Shown: positions 30,001 to 37,000, counted from the first letter of the stretch. The stretch is 64,000 nucleotides of DNA from Clostridia bacterium (GCA_017533005.1 JAFXIQ010000015.1:713-64712); one strand, 5' to 3'. Notes: generated from the letters alone by a model not told the origin. A program made the numbers and translations.

Positions 30001-30942
30001 GGAATGCATAGCTTCTACAACGACGAAACCAAGAAAGTCGGAGTAGAAAGAGTAGAAGACGACTACGTAGTAACAGCGACTGCATTGACACCTGCGAAGA
30101 AAAACTTGAACTCCGAACTTGACGCAGAAGACTTCGCATATCCTGGATACGTCGAATGGTCCGCAACTAGTTATAGAGCATATCCTGATATGGATACCGA
30201 AATCGGTGGAAGAATAATCTTCGTTTGCTACAGAGAACCTATCCAACAAATCACAGAAACTGAAGATATGGATATCGTAAGTGTAGAAGGTGAAGGCGGA
30301 GCAATCGTTGAGAACAACCTAGGTCAATTCCCGATTGTAATGCACAACCCAGATGCTGACTACGGCTCGTCACTCTTAAGACCAAGACTACCGAGCACTT
30401 GGGATTACAAGAGTAGCTTCTCGAAGACCGGACAAGCAATCTATGAGAACAACGGTAGAGACTTCATGTATCCTGATACGAAGTACAAGGTAACCAAGTC
30501 CGGTGGCAGATGGGTACAATCCAACATTCCGAAGATTGAAGTTGAAGAAAACGCATACTTCGACTTGAAGTACCTACCACACATGAGCTTGAGAACCAAT
30601 CTTGAAGACTTCGAAGTTTATGGTGACAGCGGTATCTTAGGCTGGAACAGCGGAAATGTAGAACTATATCAAGGTTACACTTGGGATTACCTATACGCAA
30701 TCAACTGGGCAGAAGCAGACGTCTACTATACCGCGGATAAGGGTTCATGGAACGCAGCATCCAACAACTTCAACTCAGGTAGCCCGTTAACGAATGGCTT
30801 TGCAGATATCAACACTGGTAAAGACCAAGCAGGCTCGTCAAGAGTACGCGGAATGTACACGATTAGAACATACATGACGATTGGTGGCGAGACAATACCT
30901 TTCGTAGTAGCTCTAGAAATCGTAAAAGCCAAAGTTAAATAG
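9094..30942 (+). CDS. giant protein, part 2 (7,282 aa from TTG 9094, or 7,277 aa from ATG 9109): module array, central beta-sandwich/hydrophobic region and C-terminal Ig-like array
   Basis: Uninterrupted 21.8-kb ORF. There is no AGGAG-like Shine-Dalgarno before either candidate start, and no signal peptide (MTEEQMKFLQDSIVLDENG...). The same module and linker types as the upstream ORF are present. It ends at TAG 30940-30942, followed by a strong terminator. The start coordinate is uncertain. Confidence 0.75.
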   Translation: MTEEQMKFLQDSIVLDENGNELSPKTVGQYDVAKFFAGHDAHLSIKIAATGIECDYGDGTREAFLLINLTIENLLQFQLEIGDINVSINPSKTAYDKVAQDESFYHLDPEYMEEHSIRIGFSGETTFNAEDTKFEGTGDKDNTAIDVYYLLNTLLTDMDVGFSALIQNFDYDKKKLVVSLDLVLPIAHILPIFAGGDILDSIMPVLVHGKLNLTLNAITRTNEEEVDNIMSLYYENGHAYIDGSVIGVNKLRIENALLALLGLFDIDISEHYPNLDEDQDGFYGDDDDTNNGSESNGDAPNNASAPNYAPENDEDEPTGDDLLPYFHLMMGNSTGVIANVMGSLAFAMLSAVKLNTEGADLGNLVKETVNEALYLQLGIGARLPTISDVWDDKNGDGVVEEGEVSDADIFSIAIGAANYDVGIAFRSVRFGLSDLDIRPEAFVPDEYAHALDLRSIYLNFTLNFDVDGDNGASFNLDETVDGLLGSLAGDGGLMDTISGLGLAPVIKLLSTVSSNYVLEFVGNINLTEFIDNGSLFNTNATIYLRDRNSPLYEKDGDGNYITDANGNKIFKEYEEVMSIIYYDQALYLNAECFNIQAVRIDNVYDFVMELIATYAPATPEEGGEGETPANAAPGFAGYEGFDPFATLRNAAGAGTKEIAYINLKLCPQGLVASVGLAAIFGVLTLIGGEAMYDYYGYVQPMGDVTVDLTLLGDDEIFGLGLKFEDYAYEEGERVNIGTEENPKYQKSGRDISIAFSISNEFELDFSYSRPDMIIPAPEYAYVGGENVEYVVLDRTQPVIAIETSLFIDIQAGEITMSNGTGYDGIELNKEPLQTLLGGLIDKFILSILLEITGENAACFEVNIRANVNVRNIKGIEAQIAVYKVDGNRDDKDYKERTIIMANLHDSNLYVDLTNLNGPKFCVIEVMETLLGEKEFDGELEDGETEEGANNAVGAPNSASGSGSGSNLDINIDLGRTMILDNIATHGLALYVTKTAIDSLLGMFNMGELEIFSEFLLRIYLAPKLNTFEFGIDIEIGADSTTIDGQSYTSKIIDLGLGLDGLRVNFEAFDETELLRPQSSDYLTAHDINTIRADLRLQLQVDAENGTIELHDLYEGILKENGLIEGIIGDGSVVDSLFSDDSPLTTALPQLLALGDLGDTLTIDITAVLNIREGIAGIFRSLQLQIRIYNNDKRLNLVIDLSDDPTQDGWRNIYLDLSSVGLGKVYIYDMAYILEFLGIDINSLLGSGDVIPEEVSPEAEASFNEMFPALGELLNAENDIDKSVGIVKILLGEMDGFLITVTFEMICAVLTLLNIDIDLNELIGTVIRPSASVGMTPDSEYEIGIHLDTGAETRKEYLYDENGDAIYDPITGEHKTQTVPNEAGIDAIIRICGQEIKADVFKESFNQSPNGMVSSIKPLMSDESKASYTRFDEMALNIELNISGQIDMVDGKFVLGDVVEMVLGVLNMTAEDLTLALVTTGGDETLLGEIGIKLSLNLKQLLSTDEAEIAKSICGQIRIGYKVIDNLTGEDYHSQDIIHAYIVDNIIYAGIELFDTNLDIRLPDINPTGLIRDIFYDIFDVRDVEDDTVTGDGSADEEESGASAPQNMYNPITDMLEDHKDKVGEKLEPMIFLNSSGFAIMVTNKLLVALTDAVLNILGGVIGTQDGEELLLDKEVVEQFLDEIMSSANLGLFFDKEKDGNFSLKLNLSKDSGVINIGGEGANDGKYQALGYSITLSLLHDTVAVISTDTFDEYYRYLTEDDEMMKYYGTCFDARDVEWRINAGLDITISTEFTEYILNWSSLFANELDENGNAIGAAFYLQALENMKGDVTMRLKFDIKLTDIDKWGINAMIQFISLNSDGTVSEEFFALYILGSLNETEENYANDGLKIYLTMSALRTFNEDNGIDGVDGILINSDTFVNFLNLNLQGILDGVGEYVQNNVVDGILETLWGLIGSFAGGDDSENNDSEQEVQSPDNAPEGEGAEGEGTETPDDPYTPEEEETEEASAWYLNLLDSIQFSKGAISIVVAKTALETILQELFNFPFEEGIGGLKVNLNNTDNYIELELGLDRQEEVDLSEMTFKDLEYSIAEKAVVKSIHSTIESYEKLTLDDSALANPFLTGVITNNTELGQAQKGYFGEKELSILAGTGTTDVYYLLYDVDEYFVAQADDTLETKVGRANTMLSDITNYIRAKQHGGESLFILEGSSGNYYSRKLKTNIAMKVLTDDTVGAKAYVMVAVAINSEVESAPINVQNVTIESFDDREATIKNVEETLAAIRYLDSQFIVGLTANDKPIAPNSAFLITQDGYNDKDFALENSAQRNIYYLVFDPTDYYAITGDSIEEKLLSSQMNSIELINILVESFKGRSFEWTESPRAGNDIIGTQNLVYSATHLSVAIRSVLDTEAGYYKVIVGVVSNASMYNVALRIGNIDIGLGGDNIFANTPMDATIHGDKYHEYLDNNFKQLNEFKWEFGVNLEFKIDDTVGGFFDMSSLITTVMGLIGGDETEGILAALGQLNLALQPAEDIDIAIGIHLRVFIDFGDITPLRFQLAITHNHRNLIQLTYEGRMIQNAQGELVERSVIYADLSGLGFPAMKLEGLQVGKLVKDILADINADSLLGGSTGGGESTEEGGDAGQAINNGAVSIYNAATKYIDRVDLKDYAWDNRLLLMTMSYDEVTIAVTGALVYSLLGGIAIDGQFNVIKIPMFRNLVLGYSEKDNISGLEIRLTDDTPYEEAFRIGFHVRKGYYLFGTDVESTITPYTADIKEEDFEDISVIDKVGLTLGMELRIRTKDGEEKSPQLEAIEALIENLVSMPEGSVVLDPQDSVMVFGLELSLYTSLKDFSETTLRLALTFAEEDILAIYYMGDENRVYADLTGLGFFQTTLTGVDLLGILTGLVGGLLGTEGIQVTELINGVFDIIDDTVDEELEEGIQNATDAQNAAVDLITSTNAPLIRILMSNDELIINPSISVVQLLLGDSMKLPNISDIRLSTNISYGLNNLAFRIKLDPYGNYVNANVSENMFKIAIGNSAEELKLKKVKDPGSYSGVVGITLGLNDEGGLYTGFDIGTLVSSLVDTLKFDDFAIYLEKRNDYYFMRNLKYGGTGTLSLANFALSPNLSTGPTYFSDGTSSIYDKSFDTADSKGFTLTDILALFGRGPIEIFGLNVTDMIGLGTGYQATYFNNAYRRVRLSLNKTADNGLEINIKQLTQVSGSYSDMVDQEDWKPQEVTAFTKENVLHISLQTILVIDLTGLIDTIVEFIIDKALGAAIEAIITAASGGALGAFAGPIKTAITSLLNALVSDAIASALANLIADSTGYGNPLEIGRILDDVLGKGAGGIPITSLYMPTLLAGLTGGTAEYDDQYGSLYGTITGPGPDGREVPVAGATVRLNGDLYTTTTNADGFYSFINVPVGNYSISIIASSLGYNDKPQIGEAGISATVRSYSGFGATEANFMLNLYQTPFIGEDVNISGKFSTQVAGNSVSGVDIYFQTINSAGVTTGWNKIATTDASGNYTAVVSNVYANYHGLQARRGGYTVATASVTMNPNSKNYTVNLVEKVPSVPTSGSISGRLVTYNFRKMLEGKATEVYANYASNGGEEFPTNALTAINNALNPTFFNTLVSRGGTFTGVTVKEGVIALTYEFEDDMPDSKYENGNIDKAVNSWFMHLNSSGFRMESLLSNTSYHGESETHKANIDFRAIRSQNTIIVAISAADFIAVTSGVELWIEIQNSNGTVRTIRNTDSYDGKQVSQVKYSGTAVYVEGGGKAEDPIYTNYYENTPRDYLSVGRKDNKQTDFEAKQVLNSDGRFTLDAMAFNTNYVLKVRSATYNNRDLTDNVVLLNSSNLRADLGEIVLTKRAPHWSETKVAGSMLQGLRLRLGADKLDENSEGIADVLNPGYTADGIPMTMYSWLASMTDETLNALAGWGTGTVQNVVGAVIDTFVSNSILNAILGAGVNAGIGALGGLIPSANSQSPFLDAVGKPIFVPWDNYVTGFESAAEDRNDAITYIEAWVSSDMINGIFMMVNNMILPLIGYNPITPNQQYTAADLCAIPEGTNDADKNLLMYNGIFDESDDEKIYDYVYANEGEYASVMNAFGARIAGGVLSTVVNLLPAIIGQDWISKIFGLVQMVLYSIEAVRDILDQVTRLISHILPLTLAYNMYAEKDLENSPLTQQSVVETVARDSNRQAITKDNFATSGLVGTQVATQEDLRNRQIATNVGDLVSHSGALAKDVNLVGYNYTGITTSITPVTKATEPKLDDDGDMLEGYYRDLDFHDMSVYAKVVLNSNVTTLLDRIVLFINGASYENHDKGKINDDSKYYPNGTLLRADTVLYDEEGQPLPEYKAVHEMVQKWIATNIVNSYLVINDYRYETNEGGVTTRRLVGTTYVRDVFGHFDDIDYEYGDIAFVTVNNEDGEFQYYEYRELTLAEKEVVDIISAKNDWFLEVDINNTGVGLRAVTSLGELFYAEPNGTSPMTRTYLNPPETIIFHDPYNMLDFTAFGGTWANEGGHGGIRHNVNEDGTYTVTDITKILPNRCQATFKDGSSDDSTGVTVYWDFSAINWNTQAEDGAAGQIKGYVANMTLFQESDGKTVSKINTIVEKGVVVDPNSTLHIEYDEALGRYVEDEDNNEKIFDLPEIDPMNFDLDAYVSALPTQFAYAAKMEYVIDGVKQVFKYSDGTVQEYVFKRYVFNKLSWDFSKTEISYKGGTAYAELTYWYEPSTNKDGAVKGEASKRVTVKVPVRVKSYEAVKLNSVSSSIGLNLFYEANNTMVVAISAYNEIDRFANVTNGASFNMGDHVGANNEYLNQLLNGYGFNVSGSETIDDAYYNSEDSIVYLIYNDVTEAKFLQYVAELNNKHGYEITVATDEGLAARATAYNASIENATATVDLDKGNALDKSKIDEELAKFGQFTKYNGTGSLAGLYRNDEIGVLYVEYTGVNAANYLSYVETLNTRHAMSEKVNRLYAINSMSNVEFVYRHTSKDGTVNTFLSKDETMIVALVTSLVGDRIVYYYNGANKGGFTKDFDGDTLVFNPLDNIDVKSVVSQLKTISLSYNTYDADGNVIVDATGAPVLGTIKRWKITGIEYSSLDEYDPKEITEQKFPVVITVQDVLGNKQNITIYVQVLDRQIKAHNLDTLIPQEVRTINPFSGADFALPSAFEVDYGYALLTLKEGKDFVWEYDVEEKKSFNYQGTTANSWEYVIKAVVGEEGYEQYIPITYTINRRIPTGVKEIAIYPYASYTSEDEVYKGATLNSEQDAEFFTGSSNVNEQTKLYYQVTNETFARGNGTTSWDFVTVDEEKAIVVDGIKYYESVEFKNVSYDGEIYHVNVLFIDEIFGKQIVKNVRVKLLKTTVSSLNIPAMEISPYYSDEDINKILFENVGNISANVYGVANTKLWNKDDVSGAKAAFDIIGWSYVDKNGLYPDGRDVTINVVIGNKGYKANDVETQIWSQELPFTFTKAGGYLSDKTVAEITPITQPGSYKLYKDNAGKYVFEIQDPYTFELPTMLNVVFKDGDSYDVPVAYDMGANKDKFYTYEHSTLEGAIIVGTTMINNKNTVEVTYMNVNPRKVLENGIKYFYDEAHTNEFSDSDKTFYALDGVELPKYATVDLYNQANSKNETLEFDVEWTSVTTYSANKSDYVEGKKELTATAKMGNSVFGYIINEVKLTVIEEHVSNYVLNSDRAYINPYYDVKDQIVEALGLIDNGDGTVGILVDTVDAKGNALRNGVKVDVALPQIPMGYQTTSSYNVELGLGRTVDFGGVTAIVDDKNNKLGTSIEVREYAPFMAVVEARVAIGIETWYGENVLTGSVYEQIDFASLDTSTVIAVGRVDSDRDLFGGQVGYKAITRDFLAEEKLANVWPEGINILDESLEALKLNGRIIAVYQHNDIYYVWYQGALNIKDAKYRQGIADAGYQLTETANGYHSYNNGIAIDVASYDEGLTILFENGAYEDIDVEWDVSSLRYTFLGGNHNVKATLKKGDALLEQTFTVRVDVKPSKLYSISVTSAGLANNSVVRTESGKITSLQVDPYVGFVGLPEKVLASFDGTDGYVEVAVSWSFERALANMTTLGGEFNKDNNMAAIASIYVMVDGVRTAIQSIEIPVEVINRELISIYVLNSKTNKYEAYTGSYEINPYETLYSEDFDSTDFSYFRKVLLRVKSHETDGDLSQGNLVEGNTTDKEIVFDLTAKNYKFVDSETGGKTNLDKLYTGRLITVEIEASTGNATAARDAVFSEVFITRILDMRYVSGLNEAYFIDPYGVLTGKDVEEAGYEGLGLRYDDKLNIYGKTEFPDNKLVVNNINITTEKITYPATVEFDTSDAYTKFVDGKAKGEIDFSGGRAKLYATLGNEIGGYQRIEIPVIYVDRTIKQLFTTTESAYANDTDENGNPVTMHFKFDPFDVYDATKIYPQSGTNVIFTDNSRTTFGTTGLSVEWNDEKVAVSYRGSEKNNYVKATVSYNGKFEQVLKFSVLVYDRTVTGFTDVYKYITDENGNRKYKVKTDYAGNIVYQTDEEGNVLKDENGNPIPEYVLDSDGNKVYETPIIQPYKYLSSTDLMNDIVNDIFRTNSAFTIYFGNMGADSDKYAITFTLGATASSFVLATDAPNKDLALTTGDESLVMRFVADSARGISYKGKDARFYITIPGFGMGTSGRQVATFDVECAESYILGIRFQDSEGNYTMDFERWLNANDDIDSDDIVIMRKEDAEFYDTYYIHQPYMFINRGGVLLPETAMLYVGKKDGNIEDPATYTAVTDTYWSNMFNGRARIKYNENTASTTFQVDLDYQNYALEFIVNDAWALTNDVVFDEDTLYGREEVILMPTQNKVSAQYKSQVAILEGTQVGEDDNGSVIYANDSFIITYMSGETTIGAVEFGPISSSGNNKNMVNKWNFEDVDWDADRSEKQYATLKLGGEGGQVIRWGFRVDKDKKLVNNSVATLHSMEEGQTVTLDRTYKQLFGGSTLAKSPSIFIDYTSGMHSFYNDETKKVGVERVEDDYVVTATALTPAKKNLNSELDAEDFAYPGYVEWSATSYRAYPDMDTEIGGRIIFVCYREPIQQITETEDMDIVSVEGEGGAIVENNLGQFPIVMHNPDADYGSSLLRPRLPSTWDYKSSFSKTGQAIYENNGRDFMYPDTKYKVTKSGGRWVQSNIPKIEVEENAYFDLKYLPHMSLRTNLEDFEVYGDSGILGWNSGNVELYQGYTWDYLYAINWAEADVYYTADKGSWNAASNNFNSGSPLTNGFADINTGKDQAGSSRVRGMYTIRTYMTIGGETIPFVVALEIVKAKVK
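15320..16400 (+). repeat. tandem duplicated domain of about 170 aa inserted in the module array
   Basis: DVYYLLYDVDEYFVAQADDTLETKVGRANTMLSDITNYI ... KAYVMVAVAINSEVESAPINVQNVTIE (from about 15550) aligns with NIYYLVFDPTDYYAITGDSIEEKLLSSQMNSIELINIL ... YYKVIVGVVSNASMYNVALRIGNIDIG (from about 16062). Confidence 0.55.
19189..19780 (+). other. CarboxypepD_reg-like (carboxypeptidase regulatory-like) beta-sandwich domains inside the giant ORF
   Basis: GSLYGTITGPGPDGREVPVAGATVRLNGDLYTTTTNADGFYSFINVPVGNYSISI is the characteristic G-x-V-x-D...GA-x-V...T-x-T-D-x-x-G-x-Y-x-x-x-x-L/V-P-x-G-x-Y pattern. A second copy reads ISGKFS...VSGVDIYFQ...ATTDASGNYTAVV. Confidence 0.6.
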
Positions 30943-30957
30943 GCTCAATCCACAAAC

Positions 30958-30990
30958 AAAAGCACACGCTCAGGCGTGTGCTTTTCTCTT
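30958..30990 (+). terminator. rho-independent terminator after the 7,282-aa ORF
   Basis: AAAGCACACGC-TCAG-GCGTGTGCTTT, an 11-bp perfect stem, followed by TCTCTT. Confidence 0.8.
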
Positions 30991-31014
30991 GCACGCGCGC
31001 GTAATAATAGGCTA

Positions 31015-31043
31015 TTGACTAGAATTAAAATGTGAGTTATAAT
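31015..31043 (+). promoter_or_regulatory. sigma-A type promoter directly abutting the protease start codon (candidate leaderless mRNA)
   Basis: TTGACT (31015-31020), 17 nt, TATAAT (31038-31043). Only 8 nt separate it from ATG 31052, and there is no Shine-Dalgarno. Confidence 0.55.
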
Positions 31044-31051
31044 TATCGTGT

Positions 31052-34000
31052 ATGAATAAAAGAAATTTTATTATAAAAATTTGTGCAATAGTTTTTGTAT
31101 GTTTACTCGTAGTAGTCACTGCCGTAGCTACGTCGCTTAATTATGGCGAAAGCTCCGAGCCTAATACAAATTATGGCACCTATACCTTTTCGCGCTCTAT
31201 GGAGCTAAATGACGGCGAAAACGTACGCTTTTATGAGAGCGGGGATAACTACTTCCGTTATTATCACGATGAGAACGGTTATATCTTAATTCGCGACTAC
31301 GAAAACAACACTCTTGAATATGCTGTAAACAATGGTAAGGGAAGACCTGTAGCTTCGGGTGTTTCTTATAATGCTAGCGAGTTTATAATTAAAAATACGC
31401 CTAAAATGACGGCGCTTGATATAGATTTTTCTTCTAATCAAGACCTTTTAATGGAATATCCTATTTCCGATGACGTTGACGTTATGCCTCTTTATAGTGG
31501 TGGCACGACACACGAAACAATAGTTAACCTTGTTATTTATATACAATTTAACGACGATTACAGTTTTAGCTTTTCTTCTAACGACTTCAATTCCTATTAC
31601 AACGCGGGAACGAACTCTTTACGTAATTACTACGAAGTAATGTCAAAGGGTAATTTGACCATTAACAGTATGTATCCTGTTAGAGATAGCGTGTTGCCGT
31701 ACGTGTATAAAGCTCCTAATAATCGCGAATATTACAACGTAAAAGACAGCAACTCTACTACTAGACGTAATCGTGAAAAAGAACTTCTTAACGGCGCGGT
31801 AGAAGAAGCTAAAAACAGATTCAGCTTGAGTGGATTAGACCTAGATACGAATAACGACGAATATATCGATTCGGTTTCGTTCTTAATCAACGGCTCTACC
31901 GAAACGACTTGGGGTGGATTGTTATGGCCACATAGTTGGAATTTAGCTTCTATAAACGGCAATAACGACGTTAAAATCGGTGGAGTAACGGTAGGAGATT
32001 TCACCTTTAACTTTACCGATAGCCTTGACGTTGGCGTTATTTGTCACGAAATGGGACACGTTTTGGGCGCTCCCGACTTGTATCACTACGAATACGACTT
32101 CGTACCGGTAGGCAAGTGGGATTTGATGCAATTTAATATGGCGATACCACAATATATGCTAACCTATATGCGCAAAACCTACGTTGGTGGTATTCCCGAC
32201 ACGGCAATAGTAGAAATCAGCAAGAACGGCGTATATTCACTATCTCCCGTTAGTAGCAATCCCGATGTTTTAGCGTATAGAATAAACAGCGATAGGGCTG
32301 ACGAATATTTTATGGTTGAATACCGTAAGCCAAGCGCAAACGGTGGTTATGATACGGGAATATCAGGCGCAGGACTACTCGTTTATCGCATAAAAGAAGG
32401 CGTTACAAACGGTAACCGTGACGCTTTATACAAGAAGAGCGCGTATCCCGATGAAGTTTACGTATTCCGTCCTTCCGTAAATTTGACAGGAAAAGAACTT
32501 TCTACCGATTTGATATACTCAAGAAGTGGAAAGGACGTTGAACTCGCTTATTTATCACCGAATAACGTTAACTTTAGTAGCGTAGGTAGCTTTACAAATA
32601 CTACCAAATACAATAACGAAAATATTTATTATACGGACGGCACGAATGCAGGTATTGTTATATCAGCGCTATCAATCAGCGACGAAAGCATTGAATTTAG
32701 CGTAAAAGTAGACCCCAACGACACCGTTTCGGACGATTATTTTGACGATAAACTCCACGTTAACGAAGCCGTTTACACAAACACTTCGTTCGCAGGCGTA
32801 AACTTAAGCTTAACGCTTAACGAAATCGACGTTGAAAACATCGTTGATTTGTCGATAACACTCGAAGACGTAGATAACAACCCAATCGCAACTAACACAT
32901 TGAACGTTGGTAAGTTTAGAACGGCGTACGCATCGGGAATGCGCACGTTTAATTCACAATTTATCGTTGGTGATAAGGGTAACAACATCGAGAGTGTCTT
33001 TAGTTACGGGGAATTCCTTTCTGACAGCGCGCCCGTTTCTGCAAAAATCTACGTGGTGGATGCCGACGGCGATAAAATGCTAGTCAAAACCATAGCTATA
33101 GATGATAACGATACGGCGTGGTCGATGATTTTGAGCGCAAAAACGTCGCTTTCTGCAAGCGTTGAGGCTGGAAGCAGAATAACGCTAGGCGTTAGAACCG
33201 ACGGCACTGTGAGTGTTTCTGGCACTGGAAACGAGGTTTTCGCGGGTATTAAGAACGCGACAGGCGTTGTCAAAGCCAGCGCAGGGGTAGCGCATACGCT
33301 TGCCGTACTTCGTAATTTGACGGTTATGGCTTACGGTGCGAATTACAACAATGAATGTAACGTATCGGGTTGGAGAGATATTAAAGACGTTTCTGCCGGG
33401 AATTATACGTCTTACGGCGTAACGACAGACGGAAACGTTATGGCCGTAGGTCTTAATAACTACGGACAATTAAACGTTCAAGATTGGAAGAATATAATTA
33501 AAGTCGATGCAGGCGCTAGACACGTAGCAGGCGTTGATACGGCTGGCAAGGTATATGCCGTAGGAGATAATGCGAACGGTCAGCTTAACGTAGCGGGCTT
33601 AACAGATATTATCGACGTTGCGTGTGGAAATACGTTCACGGCTTGCTTAAAGAGTGACGGTACGGTTGTCATAGTAGGAACGCTTGCTAACGGAAACGCT
33701 TCGGAGTGGGAAAATATCACTTTGATTTCAGCAGGAAACACGCACCTAGTCGGATTAAAAGCGGACGGAAAGGTGGTTTCTACCGGCGATAATACGTATG
33801 GACAAGCTTCCACAATCAATCTTTACGACATAGAAGACGTTTCTTGTGGCGAGTATCACACGGCGTATTTGAGAAAGGACGGCGTTGTAGAATATCGTGG
33901 AGAGGGTAACAGTCAATACGGCACGAACACCGAGCTTAAAAATCTTAAATATGCAGATACGGAATACGTAAAAGCAACGGGAGTACAAACTGCTTCCGAA

Positions 34001-37000
34001 ACCTATCGCGTTGCAAAAGGCGAGAGCATTTATCTCACGACTACGATTATGCCCGTTACGGCAACGTATAAGAGAGCTATTTTTGCTACCGGTGACGTAA
34101 ATGTTGCTACGGTTAGCGCAACCGGAGAAGAAACTGCTAAAATTACCGGTATTTCCGTAGGAAAAACCTCTATAACTATAAGACTAAACGGAACGGGAAT
34201 AACCAAGAAAATAGACGTAGAAGTCTATGAAACCGTGGCGCTTCAAGAAATAGTTTTTGCAGATAGCGAGAAGAGTATTCTTATAGGCGAAACTGCTCAA
34301 CTAACGCTATTGCTTCAACCAGAGAATGCTATTGCACAAGGAACGCCATATTATCGTTCATCTGACGAGAGCATTGTAAGCATTGACCAAAACGGCGTAA
34401 TCACAGCGGGCGACAGAGTGGGTAGCGCAACGATTTACGCGGTGCTCGATGGAAAAGTCGCAGAATGTACGATAAACGTTGTTTCTACAATAGATAGCAT
34501 TTCACTTTTAACTACAAATCTACAAATTAAATACGACCAAGAAATTTCTTGGAGCGAGTTGTTTATGGACGTTGTTATTGGAAATAGCACGGAAAGGATA
34601 GCTTTAACCGAGGATATGATAAAAACCGATTATTCCATAACGGCGATAGACGTTTCGCAAACAATATCGGTTGAATATATGGGACACGTTAAGACGTTTG
34701 TTTTGACTGTCAGAAATTACGTAACGGGAGTGGCTATTTCCACGCTACCTAGAACGGAGTATGCTTACGGCGAAGGTATGAAAGTAACGGATTTCGTTGA
34801 TGGGAAATTAAACGTTGAATACGCTTATGGAAGTAAAGAAGAAAAAATCGACATAAGTTACGTTTCCGGCTATGATGCAGGCAAAGTAGGAATGCAAACT
34901 ATAACGATTACTTACATAGATTCGACTTGGGGAACGTCTTTCATAACCGTATACGACGTAAAGGTTGAAGATACCGTATTGGAAATCAGTTACAATCCGG
35001 AAAATCGCAACTATTATTTCGGTGATGAATATAGAATGACCGATGAATTCACCATAAAAATGAATTCCGGTGCAATTAGATATAAAGAAGTTTTTGATGC
35101 TACTATTGAAAATTTCGATTCTACGGTTTTGGGCGACCAAATAATAACTCTTAAGTATTTCGATGACGTAGCAAAGGTTGAACACAGTGTAGAAGCCTAC
35201 GTAAACGTTAGCCTAGGCAACGACTTTGTTATAAACGGGGCAAACGAAGACGGCAAACACTATTTCGAAGTAGGTGGAAATCTAGGCTTGACAGTAACCG
35301 TTATACAAAACGACGGTGACGTCATCAGTATCGCGCCTAAAAATAGTGAAGAAGATACTGTGTGGGTAGCTTTCAGTGGCTTTGATAATAGTACTATGGC
35401 TGAACACGCAGTCGTCGTTAGTATTTATGGTAAAACCAGAGAGTATACGGGTAGCGAATACGTTGTTAAGGAAAGACTAGTTGCAGTTGTCGGCACCATA
35501 AACGCATTCGGAAAAAAACAATCGGAAAGATTGAGCCTTGTTTACGAAAGAACCGAGTTTAAGTACGGCGAAGACGTTGACGTTAAGATAAAAGTTGAAT
35601 ATACCGACGGCACGGTAGACGTTATAGAGCCGATGGAAGAAGCTTACGACCCAGAAACCGTTGATATTGAACAAATTTACTACGCTAGATACATTGACGA
35701 GTGGCTAGAACTTCCCATTATAATTCACGATTACGTGATGGGATTACAACCGATAGAAGATAAAGTTACCAAGTATAACGTAGCTATTTCTATTAGCGTT
35801 TACGCTATAATGGCGAAAAATGGTGTTGTTAAACTAAATGCCAGCGACTATCAAGTAAGTAATTATAGTCTAACGGACGTTTCCGGTACGCAAACCGTTA
35901 CCGTTAGTTATATGACGTTTGCAACGAGCTTTAAACTTACCGTAAACGATACGTTTAGCTCTATTGCAGTCAAAGAGAGCATTAAAAAAGACTATTTATA
36001 TAAAGAAGACATTGATTTAACGTCAAAATACGTTATAACAATGGAATCGGGCGCAAAGAAAGAAGTTAGCTACGATAGCAATTTCTATTATAGAGTCGAT
36101 CATAGTGCTACCATTAAATTCGACAATACCAACACGAGTAACCAACAAATAATCTCGATTTATTACAGGTCGGAATTTGGTGACGTAAACGTTTGCGACG
36201 TTTACGTAATGGTACACAATTACGTAGAAAAGTTGGTAGTAGAGAATGGTAGCAAGCTCGACTACGAGTATGGCGAAGCTCTAGAAATAAGTGTAAAAGC
36301 CGTCTATGCTAACGGCGCAAGCGAAAAACTCAAAAACACGCAATACACGACTACTTACGATGCAAAGAAAGCCGGCGTACAACAAATTGTAATTAGATAC
36401 GTTGATAATTATGCGGGTATAGTTACCAGCCTTGCAACGGTTACGGTAAACGATACCATAATAAGCGCGGAAATGACTACTTATCCCAACGTTCGTTCGT
36501 ATAACTTTGGAGAGGCGCTCAGTTGGGTAGGCGCCGTATTAAAGGTTGATTACGCAGGTGGTACGTCCGCAATTTATAGGGGAAATGAAATTAAGGTATT
36601 CCCAATAACTTACAACCCCACCAAGACGGGTACGCAATACGTTGTTGTTAACCTTGGCGAGAATGAAGTTAGATTTTCGGTAAACGTTTCGGTAGAAAAC
36701 GACACCGTGCTATCATATTCCATCACAAAAGAAGGCTTGACGTTTGATAGAGCAAACAGGAAGTTCGTTGTGGATAAAGAAGGGTTGGTGGTTAGTGACG
36801 TCTTCGCACCCATCGTTTATGCTAAATACTTAACGGCAAACTACGTTTCTAGTGGCACTGAAATCGACGCGCCTACTACGAGCACGAGAAAGTTGAGAAC
36901 AGGGGACAAAGTCGTTTTGAAAAACGCAGACGAAGTTGTGGTTTACGAACTTGTAGTTTACGTATACGGCGATGCTAGTGGCGACGGAATTTTCGATAGT

